Notes under the pieces: model-generated
Seen by the model: only the letters and a program-made list of their open reading frames with translations
Told to the model about the DNA's origin: nothing
Databases searched by the model: none
Assembly: GCA_943788915.1 (NCBI GenBank)
Contig: CALSSD010000010.1
Coordinates: 1 to 64,000 of the forward strand
Source: an uncultured Acidimicrobiales bacterium
GTDB taxonomy: Bacteria; Actinomycetota; Acidimicrobiia; Acidimicrobiales; UBA10347
Direction of reading: 5' to 3'
DNA length: 64,000 bases
Part shown: piece by piece, positions 30,827 to 39,970 of the stretch
Layout of the letters: the number at the start of each line of letters is the position of its first letter
Position numbering within the stretch: position 1 is the first letter of the stretch
Program-made: the position numbers and the translations under genes

Positions 30827-32266
30827 ATGAATCGCAAAACCAAGATCGTCGCCACCATCGGCCCAGCGTCAGATTCCCCAGAAGTCCTTACCGCTCTGAT
30901 CAAGGCTGGGGTAAACGTCTTTCGTCTTGGGACCGCACACGACACTGTCGAACGGGTTGTTGCACGGGTCAAGCTCATTCAAGAGGTGATTGCGCAGCAA
31001 GACACGGCGGTCGGGATCCTGGTCGACCTTGCCGGACCCAAAGTCCGGGCTGCGTTTGGCGAGGGTCCTGTTGAACTCGTTGCCGGCACCGAGGTCCATA
31101 TCCGTTCTGGCGAAGAAGTCAGCACAGCCACAGAGATCTTCGTGAATGTCGATGACATCGCTCGTAATCTTGTGGTTGGCGATCAGCTGCACATGGGTGA
31201 TGGGTCTGCGTCACTTGTCGTGAACACGGTGACGGCCGACGTGGCGACCGCGGTCGTTAGCCGAGGTGGCATCATGCGCGGCCGTCCTGGGGTGCACATC
31301 CCTTCGAGCCGGCTGACTCAGTCCTCGCCAACGCCGGAAGACATCGTTTACTTCGATGCCGTATACGAAGCGGGCGTCGACATGGTTGCGGTGTCCTTCG
31401 TGAAAACGGGCCGTGATATGCGCGCTCTGGGTGGTGAGAAGGCACCGCGCGGCCCGCTGCTGATCGCCAAGATTGAGACTCAGGCAGCCGTCGACAACCT
31501 GGAGTCAATCCTTGAGCACAGCGATGCTGTGATGGTGGCCCGTGGTGACCTTGGATTGGAATGCAGCCTGCCTGGCCTGCCTGCATTGCAGAAGAAGATC
31601 ATTGCTGCTGCGGTCGCCGCAGGTAAACCAGTCATCACCGCCACACAAATGCTTGAGTCAATGACCGAGATGGCCCAGCCGACCCGAGCCGAGGTGACCG
31701 ACGTTGCCAACGCGGTGTTCGATGGCACCTCTGCGGTGATGTTGTCGGGCGAAACTGCAGTGGGTCATGATCCGGTACTTGTCGTGGAGACCATGGCAGA
31801 CATCCTCGTGCAGGCCGACGCCAACTTTGAACACGAAGCGTGGTCCGAACGTATTGAACGCCAGGCTCAGCCATTTGGAGCCGACGAGACTGATCTCAGC
31901 AAGGTCGCCTTCGCCATGCGCACTGCTGCCCACCGGGCCGCATCCGCGCTCGAGAGCCAGCACATCGTGACCGTGACGGGCACAGGCGCAACCTCGCGTG
32001 CGATCTCTCGCTTTCGACCCCGAGCCCAGATTTTGGCGGTTACGCCAGATCAGCGTGTTGCCAATCAGCTGGCATTGTCGTGGGGTGTGTTCCCCACGCT
32101 GGGCACGGCAGAAGGCCAGGGCACAGAGCGGATCATGACCGTGTTGCGAAACCTGCGCGATCAGGGCCTGTTGCAGCCGGGCGAACTTGTCCCGATCGTT
32201 GCTGGAGCATCAAACTCGGCGTTGGTGAGCAATGTGATTCGGATCGAGAACGTCCCCGAAAACTAG
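30827..32266 (+). CDS. pyk: Pyruvate kinase
   Basis: KTKIVATIGPAS, AKIE, VMVARGDLG, ATQMLESM and MLSGETA. Confidence 0.95.
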   Translation: MNRKTKIVATIGPASDSPEVLTALIKAGVNVFRLGTAHDTVERVVARVKLIQEVIAQQDTAVGILVDLAGPKVRAAFGEGPVELVAGTEVHIRSGEEVSTATEIFVNVDDIARNLVVGDQLHMGDGSASLVVNTVTADVATAVVSRGGIMRGRPGVHIPSSRLTQSSPTPEDIVYFDAVYEAGVDMVAVSFVKTGRDMRALGGEKAPRGPLLIAKIETQAAVDNLESILEHSDAVMVARGDLGLECSLPGLPALQKKIIAAAVAAGKPVITATQMLESMTEMAQPTRAEVTDVANAVFDGTSAVMLSGETAVGHDPVLVVETMADILVQADANFEHEAWSERIERQAQPFGADETDLSKVAFAMRTAAHRAASALESQHIVTVTGTGATSRAISRFRPRAQILAVTPDQRVANQLALSWGVFPTLGTAEGQGTERIMTVLRNLRDQGLLQPGELVPIVAGASNSALVSNVIRIENVPEN

Positions 32267-32377
32267 GTAACGGCAGCTGGATACTTTCTGGCAGCGTTGT
32301 AGAGCCGCGTCTGTAATGGGTGCTTCGGGTCGGATCCCAGTTTTCGTAGCGAGGTGTTGGTCCGCCACACTGGTCCT

Positions 32378-33154
32378 ATGGCTGAAGACGATGCACTGAA
32401 CACCGAACGGATTCGAACCGAGGTGTTCGGCCACACGCTTGTGGTCACCATGGTGCGTCACACAAAACGCAACGCGATCGATGGCGAAATGACCCAGGCG
32501 ATCGATGCCGCTATGAACCGGTTGGACGATGACCCAGAGCTGTGGGTCGGAATCCTGACCGGTGGTCCCGATATGTTCTGCGCCGGTACTGACATGGCCG
32601 CAACGAGTGGCCGGCCGACCGAGCGCGGCGGGATCTATGGCGTTGTAGGTCGCCACCGCGCAAAACCACTCATTGCCGCTGTCGAAGGGGTGGCGTTCGG
32701 TGGCGGTTTTGAAGTGGTCATGGCCTGCGACATGGTGATTGCCGCCAACAATGCACGCTTCGCCCTGCCCGAGGTCAAGCGGGGTTTGGTTGCCTCAAGT
32801 GGCGCCCTGTTCCGGGCCAGCCGAGTATTGCCATTGAACGTGGCCAAGTATTTGTTGACCACCGGCATGGAGCTCTCGCCCGTCGAAGCCGAGCGTCATG
32901 GGCTGGTGAATGAAGTGTGCGAACCAGGTCAGGCTTTGGAACGAGCGCTAGCGCTGGCCGAGGTGATTACGTCGAACTCGCCGGTCGCAGCCCGGTTGGC
33001 ACTCCAGGCCGTAGACCAGATCGTGGCCGCCGACGATGACCGGGCCTGGGCCATCAGCGCCGATTTCCGCAACCAGGTGATGGCGTCAGAAGATTCGAAG
33101 GAAGGGGTTGCTGCATTCTTTGAGAAGCGGCCTCCTCGGTGGACTGGCCGCTAG
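32378..33154 (+). CDS. Enoyl-CoA hydratase family protein
   Basis: FCAGTD, GGGFE and FALPEVKRGL. Confidence 0.9.
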   Translation: MAEDDALNTERIRTEVFGHTLVVTMVRHTKRNAIDGEMTQAIDAAMNRLDDDPELWVGILTGGPDMFCAGTDMAATSGRPTERGGIYGVVGRHRAKPLIAAVEGVAFGGGFEVVMACDMVIAANNARFALPEVKRGLVASSGALFRASRVLPLNVAKYLLTTGMELSPVEAERHGLVNEVCEPGQALERALALAEVITSNSPVAARLALQAVDQIVAADDDRAWAISADFRNQVMASEDSKEGVAAFFEKRPPRWTGR

Positions 33155-34209
33155 CCGAGCTTCTTTTGGGAGCGGCGGGCGACTTCGGCGGAGAACGCGT
33201 TGTTCCAGGTGCTGGTCTTGGGCCAACGAGCCTGGGCTTCGGTCGTGGCATCGTCCACGTCGAGTCCGAGCTCTTCAACCAACCACGATCGCAAGATCAA
33301 CCCGGTCCGTGAGGCCCCATGGTGGCAGTGCACCAGCACATTGCGTTCCTCAGAATGAAACGCTTTGATCGTGGCCAGTACCTCGTCGACCGTGGCGCTG
33401 AGGAGTGGGTTCACTTTGCTGCCCGCTGCGTCATGCATCGCGAATTCGCGTCGCACCAGGTGGTTGTCGAAGGTGCCGGTCGTGGGGCAGAGCGAGATCA
33501 CCGCGCCATCTGGATGGTCGGCGAGGAACCGGGGCACGGCATGCAAGTTGGAGAGAAACAGCCCAGGGGCAACTTCTCGGGGGCCGAGTGAGCGGCGAGG
33601 TTCGGGTGGAACAGGGGCGTCTTGTCGCATAAGCCGTTCGGCAAGCCGCCGCAGTTGTCGAAGCCCATAGGTTCGGGTTCCGACAGCCCCGGTTGTGTGG
33701 GTGGACCATGCTGCGGGGATGGCGCCGGGGCCCCAGCGCAAACCGGCAACTGCCCCGGTGAGGGGTAACGACGCTGTTGGAGCGGCACGGATAGCGCCAC
33801 AGAAGTCCGTGGCTTCTTCGACGGAACGAAGGGCGTCAGCCATCTCCGTAGAGGATGCGAGGGATGGGTCACATGCGAACTGGCCGAGCATGCTGCCCTG
33901 CACGAGCGCGCACATCAGGACCGCATCGGGGTCACCAAGCAGGGGCGGTGAGGTGTCGGGATCGGCCAGGGCGATGGCGGCGGCGATGATGTCGGTCGGA
34001 CCCAACCCCATGTTCACCAGGTCACGGCTGAGCAGTGCCTCGCCAGTCTCGAAAGAAATTGCAGCGACGTCGCCCCACGGAGGAAGTTCGCTAGGGCCAC
34101 CACAGACGGCTGGTGGCAGCTCGGTCAACGTGCTCAGCGCGTCGCCGACGGCAAGTCCAACGAGCGCTCCCACGGCGGCATTGTGTCGAACAGCATGGTC
34201 AGCCCGCAT
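33151..34209 (-). CDS. Degenerate ADP-ribosylglycohydrolase-like N-terminus fused to a dual-specificity (CX5R) phosphatase
   Basis: GALVGLAVGDAL and TGAVAGLRWGPGAIPAAW (the two ends of the ARH fold), plus VLVHCHHGASRTG (P-loop). Confidence 0.7.
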   Translation of the reverse strand: MRADHAVRHNAAVGALVGLAVGDALSTLTELPPAVCGGPSELPPWGDVAAISFETGEALLSRDLVNMGLGPTDIIAAAIALADPDTSPPLLGDPDAVLMCALVQGSMLGQFACDPSLASSTEMADALRSVEEATDFCGAIRAAPTASLPLTGAVAGLRWGPGAIPAAWSTHTTGAVGTRTYGLRQLRRLAERLMRQDAPVPPEPRRSLGPREVAPGLFLSNLHAVPRFLADHPDGAVISLCPTTGTFDNHLVRREFAMHDAAGSKVNPLLSATVDEVLATIKAFHSEERNVLVHCHHGASRTGLILRSWLVEELGLDVDDATTEAQARWPKTSTWNNAFSAEVARRSQKKLG

Positions 34210-34325
34210 CTGTAGTCAAACTAGCGGTCCGTGTCGTAAGGAAGGCTGCATGAATGTGGAGAACGGTGTCAGGATCGACCTTCGTTCTGGAAGACTGTTC
34301 AGGTATGACCTGGACGAACGACTGC

Positions 34326-34808
34326 ATGACGACACAACGGCTGCGCCTCCGCGCCGCAACCGAACTGGACAAGCCAGTGATTGCCAAACTGCTGCAGGAT
34401 CCAGAGGTGCGCAAGTACCTAGGTGGGCCAGCCTCGGCTGAAGATCTCCAGGCCTTTCACGACACAACGGAAGGGGAGCGTTGGGGCAGCTTCGTGATCG
34501 CTGATGGAGCGATCGACCTGGCCATGGGTGTCCTCAACTTCAGCGATCATCGAGGAGAGTGGGAACTCTCCTGCGAGCTGTTGCCTCGTTACTGGGGCCG
34601 TGGGTTCGCCTTGGAGGCCGCAAAGGCAGCGATCGAATGGGCGTGGGCAGACCCGGCCCCGATTGACGCTGAGTCGATTATTGCGGTGACCCAGAAGATA
34701 AACCTGGCGTCGATCGCGTTGTTGGAACGACTTGGTTTCGTCCACGAACGAACCTTCTCCGAGTCCGGCGCAAGCCGGGCGCAGTACCGACTGCATCGTT
34801 TGGATTAG
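34326..34808 (+). CDS. GNAT N-acetyltransferase (RimJ/RimL-like)
   Basis: TQRLRLR, YWGRGFALEA and NLASIALLERLGF. Confidence 0.88.
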   Translation: MTTQRLRLRAATELDKPVIAKLLQDPEVRKYLGGPASAEDLQAFHDTTEGERWGSFVIADGAIDLAMGVLNFSDHRGEWELSCELLPRYWGRGFALEAAKAAIEWAWADPAPIDAESIIAVTQKINLASIALLERLGFVHERTFSESGASRAQYRLHRLD

Positions 34809-34901
34809 TTCTGGCCATATCGGTCTTGTCGCGACGAGTAGAGGCCTCGGCGCATTTTGTAGACCGATGACGCTGTGCGTTGGGGCGATACCGTTCGTGT
34901 G

Positions 34902-36026
34902 ATGGCCCTGAACAACTCTGATATCGATCCCTCGACATGGCTCATCGCCGGCGGCCGCAGTCGTGAGCCGGGCCAGCCTCTCAATGTTGCCCCCCAGCTG
35001 GCATCGAACTTCTATCTGCCAGCTGAACGTGGCTACAGCCGGGCCGATGGCACCGAGACGAGCGCTGTTTTCGAAGAACTCATGGGCGGACTCGAGGGTG
35101 GTCATGCCCTGTCGTTCTCGTCGGGCATGGCAGCGGCCCATGTTGTTCTCAATCGGCTTCCCGCTGGCGCGACGCTGGCGATTCCCGTCGATCCATATCA
35201 CGGCGTGAAGGGTCTGGCTGTCGAAGCCGAGGCCCAAGGCCGATGGAATATCTTGCGGCTTGAGCTCGATGACACGCAGGGATGGATCGATGCTGCCAAG
35301 GTTGCCGACCTGTTGTGGTTGGAAACGCCTGCCAATCCACTGATGACGGTGTGTGACCTGCCTGCCATCTGTTCTGCGCCTCGCAAGGACGGCACGATTG
35401 TGGCTGTTGACTCCACATTCGCAACACCGCTGGTGCAACGACCGCTGGACCTCGGCGCCGACGTGGTGATGCACTCGGCTACCAAGTTCATTGGTGGTCA
35501 CAGTGACCTGCTGGCTGGGCTGTTGATCACGAAGTCATCCGAGTTACACGAAGAGTTCAACGGACGACGCGTATTGAACGGCGGAACCATTGGAGCGATG
35601 GAAGCGTTCTTGGCTATCCGGGGCGCCCGAACGCTGGCACTCCGTATGGAAAAGGCGCAAGCGAACGCCATGGAGTTGGCGGCTCGCCTCGATGCAAGTG
35701 ACGATGTCGCGTTGGTGCGTTACCCGGGCCTTGCTAGCGATCCCACACACGAGAACGCCGCGAAGTTCATGATGGGTTGGGGTGCGATGATCTCATTCGA
35801 GACCGTCGGCAGTGCCGAACGAGCTACTGCGATCTGCGAACAGGTCGAGATCATCAATCATGCAACGAGTCTGGGTGGTATCGAGTCGACCATGGAGCGT
35901 CGGGCGGCTGTACCTGGCCAGGAGACAATCCCTCCATCGTTGATCCGGTTTTCGGTCGGCTGCGAAGATGTCGAGGATCTATCCAACGACTTGGCCAATG
36001 CGTTCGCGAACACCAGGGACATGTAG
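34902..36026 (+). CDS. PLP-dependent Cys/Met metabolism enzyme (cystathionine gamma-synthase/lyase family)
   Basis: FSSGMAA, WLETPANP, HSATKFIGGHSD and TSLGGIES. Confidence 0.9.
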   Translation: MALNNSDIDPSTWLIAGGRSREPGQPLNVAPQLASNFYLPAERGYSRADGTETSAVFEELMGGLEGGHALSFSSGMAAAHVVLNRLPAGATLAIPVDPYHGVKGLAVEAEAQGRWNILRLELDDTQGWIDAAKVADLLWLETPANPLMTVCDLPAICSAPRKDGTIVAVDSTFATPLVQRPLDLGADVVMHSATKFIGGHSDLLAGLLITKSSELHEEFNGRRVLNGGTIGAMEAFLAIRGARTLALRMEKAQANAMELAARLDASDDVALVRYPGLASDPTHENAAKFMMGWGAMISFETVGSAERATAICEQVEIINHATSLGGIESTMERRAAVPGQETIPPSLIRFSVGCEDVEDLSNDLANAFANTRDM

Positions 36027-36049
36027 GCCGACCGGCCCCAGGTACAACG

Positions 36050-36391
36050 ATGGAAGCACGCATTTGGATCGAGGCCGAACATCTGGCTGAAGACGTCACT
36101 GATTTCTGCAATATCGCCGTCTACCTGTCGACGGGCGAACGGTATGCGTTGAACGTGTGGACGTTCGACTTCTTCGCTGTTGCTCAAGGCGAGGGCGAGA
36201 TGCACGCATCGCCAGCCGTGAAACATTTGTACATGTATCCGCCCGACTTGTTCGTGCAGGACCTGACCCGGCCAACGATCGAAAAGATTGTGATCGATGT
36301 CTTGGAACGGGGTCGGCTGCCGCTGTGGCGCTTGATGCCAGACGAAGCGCCCGATGTCGACGACACGCTCCGCTTCGATCTCCCTACCTAG
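36050..36391 (+). CDS. Hypothetical protein
   Basis: 113-aa acidic ORF filling the gap after the previous stop, with protein-like composition. Confidence 0.65.
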   Translation: MEARIWIEAEHLAEDVTDFCNIAVYLSTGERYALNVWTFDFFAVAQGEGEMHASPAVKHLYMYPPDLFVQDLTRPTIEKIVIDVLERGRLPLWRLMPDEAPDVDDTLRFDLPT

Positions 36392-36402
36392 AGGCAATCG
36401 CC

Positions 36403-37305
36403 CTAGGCGAGTTCCGGCAGTGCGATGGTGACCAGGTCGGTTGGTGGTTCTGATTCGACTTCGGCCAGTTGGGCGACCTGACGTCGGCGCCCAACAACCT
36501 GGATTGCCCACCGTTCCCCATCGGCACCTGCGGCGATGCCCTTCGCTCGCATAACATCGGCTGGAAGCCCGTCGAGCAGCGCGTTGATGTCGGCCAACGT
36601 GGTGGGATCAGGGATCGCGACCCGGCCGACCTCATGGCGGTCGAACAACGTCGGTTCAGGGATGACGATTTCGGCACCGGGTCGTCGGCCACCGATCTGC
36701 AGCAACATGGTGGGCACGGTCGGGTCTTGTGCTTCGACAATCGGCACACCAGGGGAGATCTCGCTAAGCCGGCGGCGAACCATTTCCCGTTCCTCTGGGC
36801 GAACGAGATCTGTCTTGGTGAGTGCGAGTACGTCGGCTGCTCGGATCTGTTCGGCGACGGTTCCGCCGATGTCCATACGTTCGACAAGTTCGAGAAACTG
36901 ATCAGCTGCTACGAGTGTCATGACCCCATCGAGCTTGAACCCAGCCGAACGCCCCCACGGGATCATGCGTGCAGGTTCGGCGACGCCGCTGAGTTCGACA
37001 ACAACATGGTCAGGTGGTGTTTCGCGTGCTCGGATCATGTCGAACGCTGCGCCGAAGCCGTCGATCGAACTGCAACAGACACAGCCGTCAGTAAGTTCGA
37101 TCGTGTCGCCGCTGTGTTTGCGGATGAGTCGAGCATCGATATTGATCTCGCCCATATCGTTCACGATCACGGCGATGGGGCGGTCGGTCGAGCGCAGCAA
37201 CTGATTGATGAGCGTGGTTTTACCCGCGCCCAAATATCCAGCCACGAAAGTCAGTGGCACGCGGCGCCCGTCCCACGGCAAGAACTCTGGTTCCTGATAA
37301 CTCAT
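36403..37305 (-). CDS. CobW/COG0523 metallochaperone GTPase
   Basis: GYLGAGKTT, GCVCC, ELSGVAEP and TKTD. Confidence 0.92.
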   Translation of the reverse strand: MSYQEPEFLPWDGRRVPLTFVAGYLGAGKTTLINQLLRSTDRPIAVIVNDMGEINIDARLIRKHSGDTIELTDGCVCCSSIDGFGAAFDMIRARETPPDHVVVELSGVAEPARMIPWGRSAGFKLDGVMTLVAADQFLELVERMDIGGTVAEQIRAADVLALTKTDLVRPEEREMVRRRLSEISPGVPIVEAQDPTVPTMLLQIGGRRPGAEIVIPEPTLFDRHEVGRVAIPDPTTLADINALLDGLPADVMRAKGIAAGADGERWAIQVVGRRRQVAQLAEVESEPPTDLVTIALPELA

Positions 37306-37400
37306 CAGGCTTGAAGGTATCGAACCGGGCAGCGTTCTCGCGATGTGTGCACCGGGCTCTACTGTGGCCTCATGACTGCTCGTATCGAATTGGGAAACGC

Positions 37401-38159
37401 ATGATCGACCTGACCGGCAAAGTATTTATTGTCACCGGTGGCAACGGTGGCATCGGCCTCGGGATGGCCGAGGGGATAGTGATGGCGGGGGGTTCCGTTG
37501 TTATCTGGGGTCGCAACCAGGAGAAGAACGACGCGGCCGTGGCAACGCTCACTGCTCTCGGTGGTTCTGCGGTTGCGCATATCTGCGATGTCGCCGACGA
37601 GGCGCAAGTTCGTGAAACAATGAAACGATCGGCCATGGACTTCGGCCGTATCGACGGGTTGTTTGCGAATGCCGGGCGAAGTGGCACCGGCACACCGTTC
37701 CTGGAGCTGCCGCTTGCCGAGTGGCGTGCCGTGATGGACGTCAACCTCGACGGAGTCTTTCTGCAATTTCGCGAAGCAGCGAAATATCTGGTCGAGCAAG
37801 GCGAAGGTGGCAGCCTGGTCGCGGTGTCGTCGACCTCGGCGATTCACGGTGCTGCCGGGAACGAGGCGTATGGCACCGCCAAGACCGCGCTGAATGGGCT
37901 GGTCCGAGCGTTGGCTGTTGGCCTAGCCCGCCACCAGATTCGGGTCAACTCACTGCTGCCGGGCTGGACCATCACCGACCTGGCATCGGATGGTTACGAG
38001 AACGACGTCTTCCGGACCGCCACCATCAAACGCACCCCGGTGCGGCGGTGGGCCGATCCGGCTGAGTTCCGTCAGGTGGGTGCCTTCCTGGCTGACCCAA
38101 GCCAGACCTATCACACTGGTCAAGAGGTCTGCGTCGACGGTGGCTACACCGTCTTCTAG
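37401..38159 (+). CDS. Short-chain dehydrogenase/reductase
   Basis: TGGNGGIG, ANAG, YGTAK and DGGY. Confidence 0.92.
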   Translation: MIDLTGKVFIVTGGNGGIGLGMAEGIVMAGGSVVIWGRNQEKNDAAVATLTALGGSAVAHICDVADEAQVRETMKRSAMDFGRIDGLFANAGRSGTGTPFLELPLAEWRAVMDVNLDGVFLQFREAAKYLVEQGEGGSLVAVSSTSAIHGAAGNEAYGTAKTALNGLVRALAVGLARHQIRVNSLLPGWTITDLASDGYENDVFRTATIKRTPVRRWADPAEFRQVGAFLADPSQTYHTGQEVCVDGGYTVF

Positions 38160-38198
38160 ACGGCTTCCCGTGTGGCTTCTAGACGGCTTCCCGTGTGG
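38153..38198. repeat. Perfect 23-bp tandem duplication spanning the SDR stop codon
   Basis: CTTCTAGACGGCTTCCCGTGTGG x2. Confidence 0.9.
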
Positions 38199-38248
38199 CA
38201 GCCGACACGTTGGGAATCCGTAGCTGTCTTTGACGGTTGTGATTTACC

Positions 38249-38935
38249 TTGAGCTATTTACCTGGCAATACAAACCAGAGTTATGCCGACGACGAGTTCT
38301 GGGCGGCGTTCGACGTTGACGACGACTACGTGCCCCGCACGCCCTGGTATCGCAAGACCGCCAGGGTGATTGCTGCGCTGGTTATCGCTGGTCTGGTCGC
38401 GACCGGCGCACTCATCCCGTGGGGTGAGCTCGTCGACCGTCTCGACAATGTCAGTGACCCCGGGGAAATCTTGCTCGTTGCCGAGGAGGTTGTTGCTGAA
38501 TCGCCGTATGGCTGGCTCGTCACCGAGGTGCGGGTTCGCGATATCCCCGACTCGACGACAGGTGGATTTGTCGTATCCAACCCGGCTGATGGTGTGATCA
38601 CGCTCGACCGGATCGGCTGGGAAGCCGAGGACATCCGGTCGACCACCGCGCACGAGATCGGTCATCTTCTGGACTTCGCGGCCTACGGAAACCAAGCCGA
38701 ACGCCGTGATGGGCTGGGTTCTGAAGCGTGGGCCGAGTGCGCTGCGGTCGACGCTGGTTTCCGGACGACAGATTCTGGCTTCGGCGACACGGCCTATCAC
38801 TGCACCGACACAGAACTGGAGCAGTACCAGTTCTCGGTGAGCTTGTTAGGCGAGGTGTGCAAGACGTGGGGCAACCTGGCCTGCGAGACCGTGGCTCCCA
38901 TCAGCGCAGCTGGTGATGGTAGAGCCGGCGAATGA
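38249..38935 (+). CDS. Membrane-anchored putative zinc metallopeptidase
   Basis: One TM helix, then TTAHEIGHLLD and downstream EAWAE (gluzincin-like). Confidence 0.65.
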   Translation: MSYLPGNTNQSYADDEFWAAFDVDDDYVPRTPWYRKTARVIAALVIAGLVATGALIPWGELVDRLDNVSDPGEILLVAEEVVAESPYGWLVTEVRVRDIPDSTTGGFVVSNPADGVITLDRIGWEAEDIRSTTAHEIGHLLDFAAYGNQAERRDGLGSEAWAECAAVDAGFRTTDSGFGDTAYHCTDTELEQYQFSVSLLGEVCKTWGNLACETVAPISAAGDGRAGE

Positions 38936-38966
38936 CGACGGTTAACCTCACCGATACTGTGGTGTC

Positions 38967-39203
38967 ATGAGCATTCTTCGTACTCGCGTGCTGCGACGGT
39001 TCTCGATGATTGGTCGGGTCGCAGACCTGGCATTTGTTGGTGGGATGGCACTTCGTGTTGCGCGACGTCAGGGCTGGATCGACAGCGCTCAGATCGATCA
39101 GTTTGGCGAAGACCCAGACGTGAATGACCACCGGGCCAGGCTCGTCGAAGTAGTGCTTACGGGTGCAGCGCTGGGCCGTCTGATTCGCCGTAAGAAGCGG
39201 TAG
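38967..39203 (+). CDS. Small hypothetical protein
   Basis: TACTGT-6 nt-ATG leaderless start. The ORF abuts the convergent gene. Confidence 0.6.
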   Translation: MSILRTRVLRRFSMIGRVADLAFVGGMALRVARRQGWIDSAQIDQFGEDPDVNDHRARLVEVVLTGAALGRLIRRKKR

Positions 39204-39731
39204 TTAGCCGTCGCGAGTCGATCGCACCTGGTCGAGGCGGCCAGTGTCCACGTTGTAGACGTACCCCTGAATCACCTCGGTGTGTTTGACGAAAGGTGAG
39301 AGTTCCAACCGGCGGATCGATTGCAGGGTGTCCGCATATGGATCCGTGAATGCCTCGAGGGTCCAGGTCGGACGAACACCAAGCTCGTCTTGCAGTTCGG
39401 CCCTGAACTCATTTTCGTCGAGGTTGTAGAGCCCGCAATCGGTGTGGTGGAGCAGGATGATCTCTCGGGTGCCAAGGAAACGCTGCGACAGACAGACCGA
39501 TCGAATTGTGTCGTCGGTGACCGCGCCACCAGCATTGCGGATGATGTGTGCTTCGCCGTTCTCGAGGCCCAGTATCGAAAAGATGTCCATGCGTGAGTCC
39601 ATGCAGGCAATCACGGCCAGCTGGCGGCTGGGCCGGACATCGAAGTGTGTTCCATCGAGGGTGTCGGCGTAACGAGCGTTGCGTGCAACCAGGTCGTCGG
39701 CGTTGGGAAACGGATGAGGGGAGTCGATCAC
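39204..39731 (-). CDS. Beta-class carbonic anhydrase
   Basis: ACMDSR, IRNAGG and HHTDCG zinc ligands. Confidence 0.92.
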   Translation of the reverse strand: MIDSPHPFPNADDLVARNARYADTLDGTHFDVRPSRQLAVIACMDSRMDIFSILGLENGEAHIIRNAGGAVTDDTIRSVCLSQRFLGTREIILLHHTDCGLYNLDENEFRAELQDELGVRPTWTLEAFTDPYADTLQSIRRLELSPFVKHTEVIQGYVYNVDTGRLDQVRSTRDG

Positions 39732-39970
39732 ATGTGCACAGTATCAAGCGGCAGCTCGGTCGAACGGAGTATGTCAGAGGTCCTGGCAACGACCCAATTT
39801 TTGTGGCCCAACCGAAAAATAATCAAAACTCACCCGGCAAAGATCGGCGCTTTTTTGTGTTCTCGACCAAATTGTCGATGAATCGGGACGCGAACCCAGC
39901 CTGTTCGCTGAAAAAGGTCGCAAACTTGGGGAACTCCCCAACCGAGTCTGCTACAAGAGGAATTCCGACA

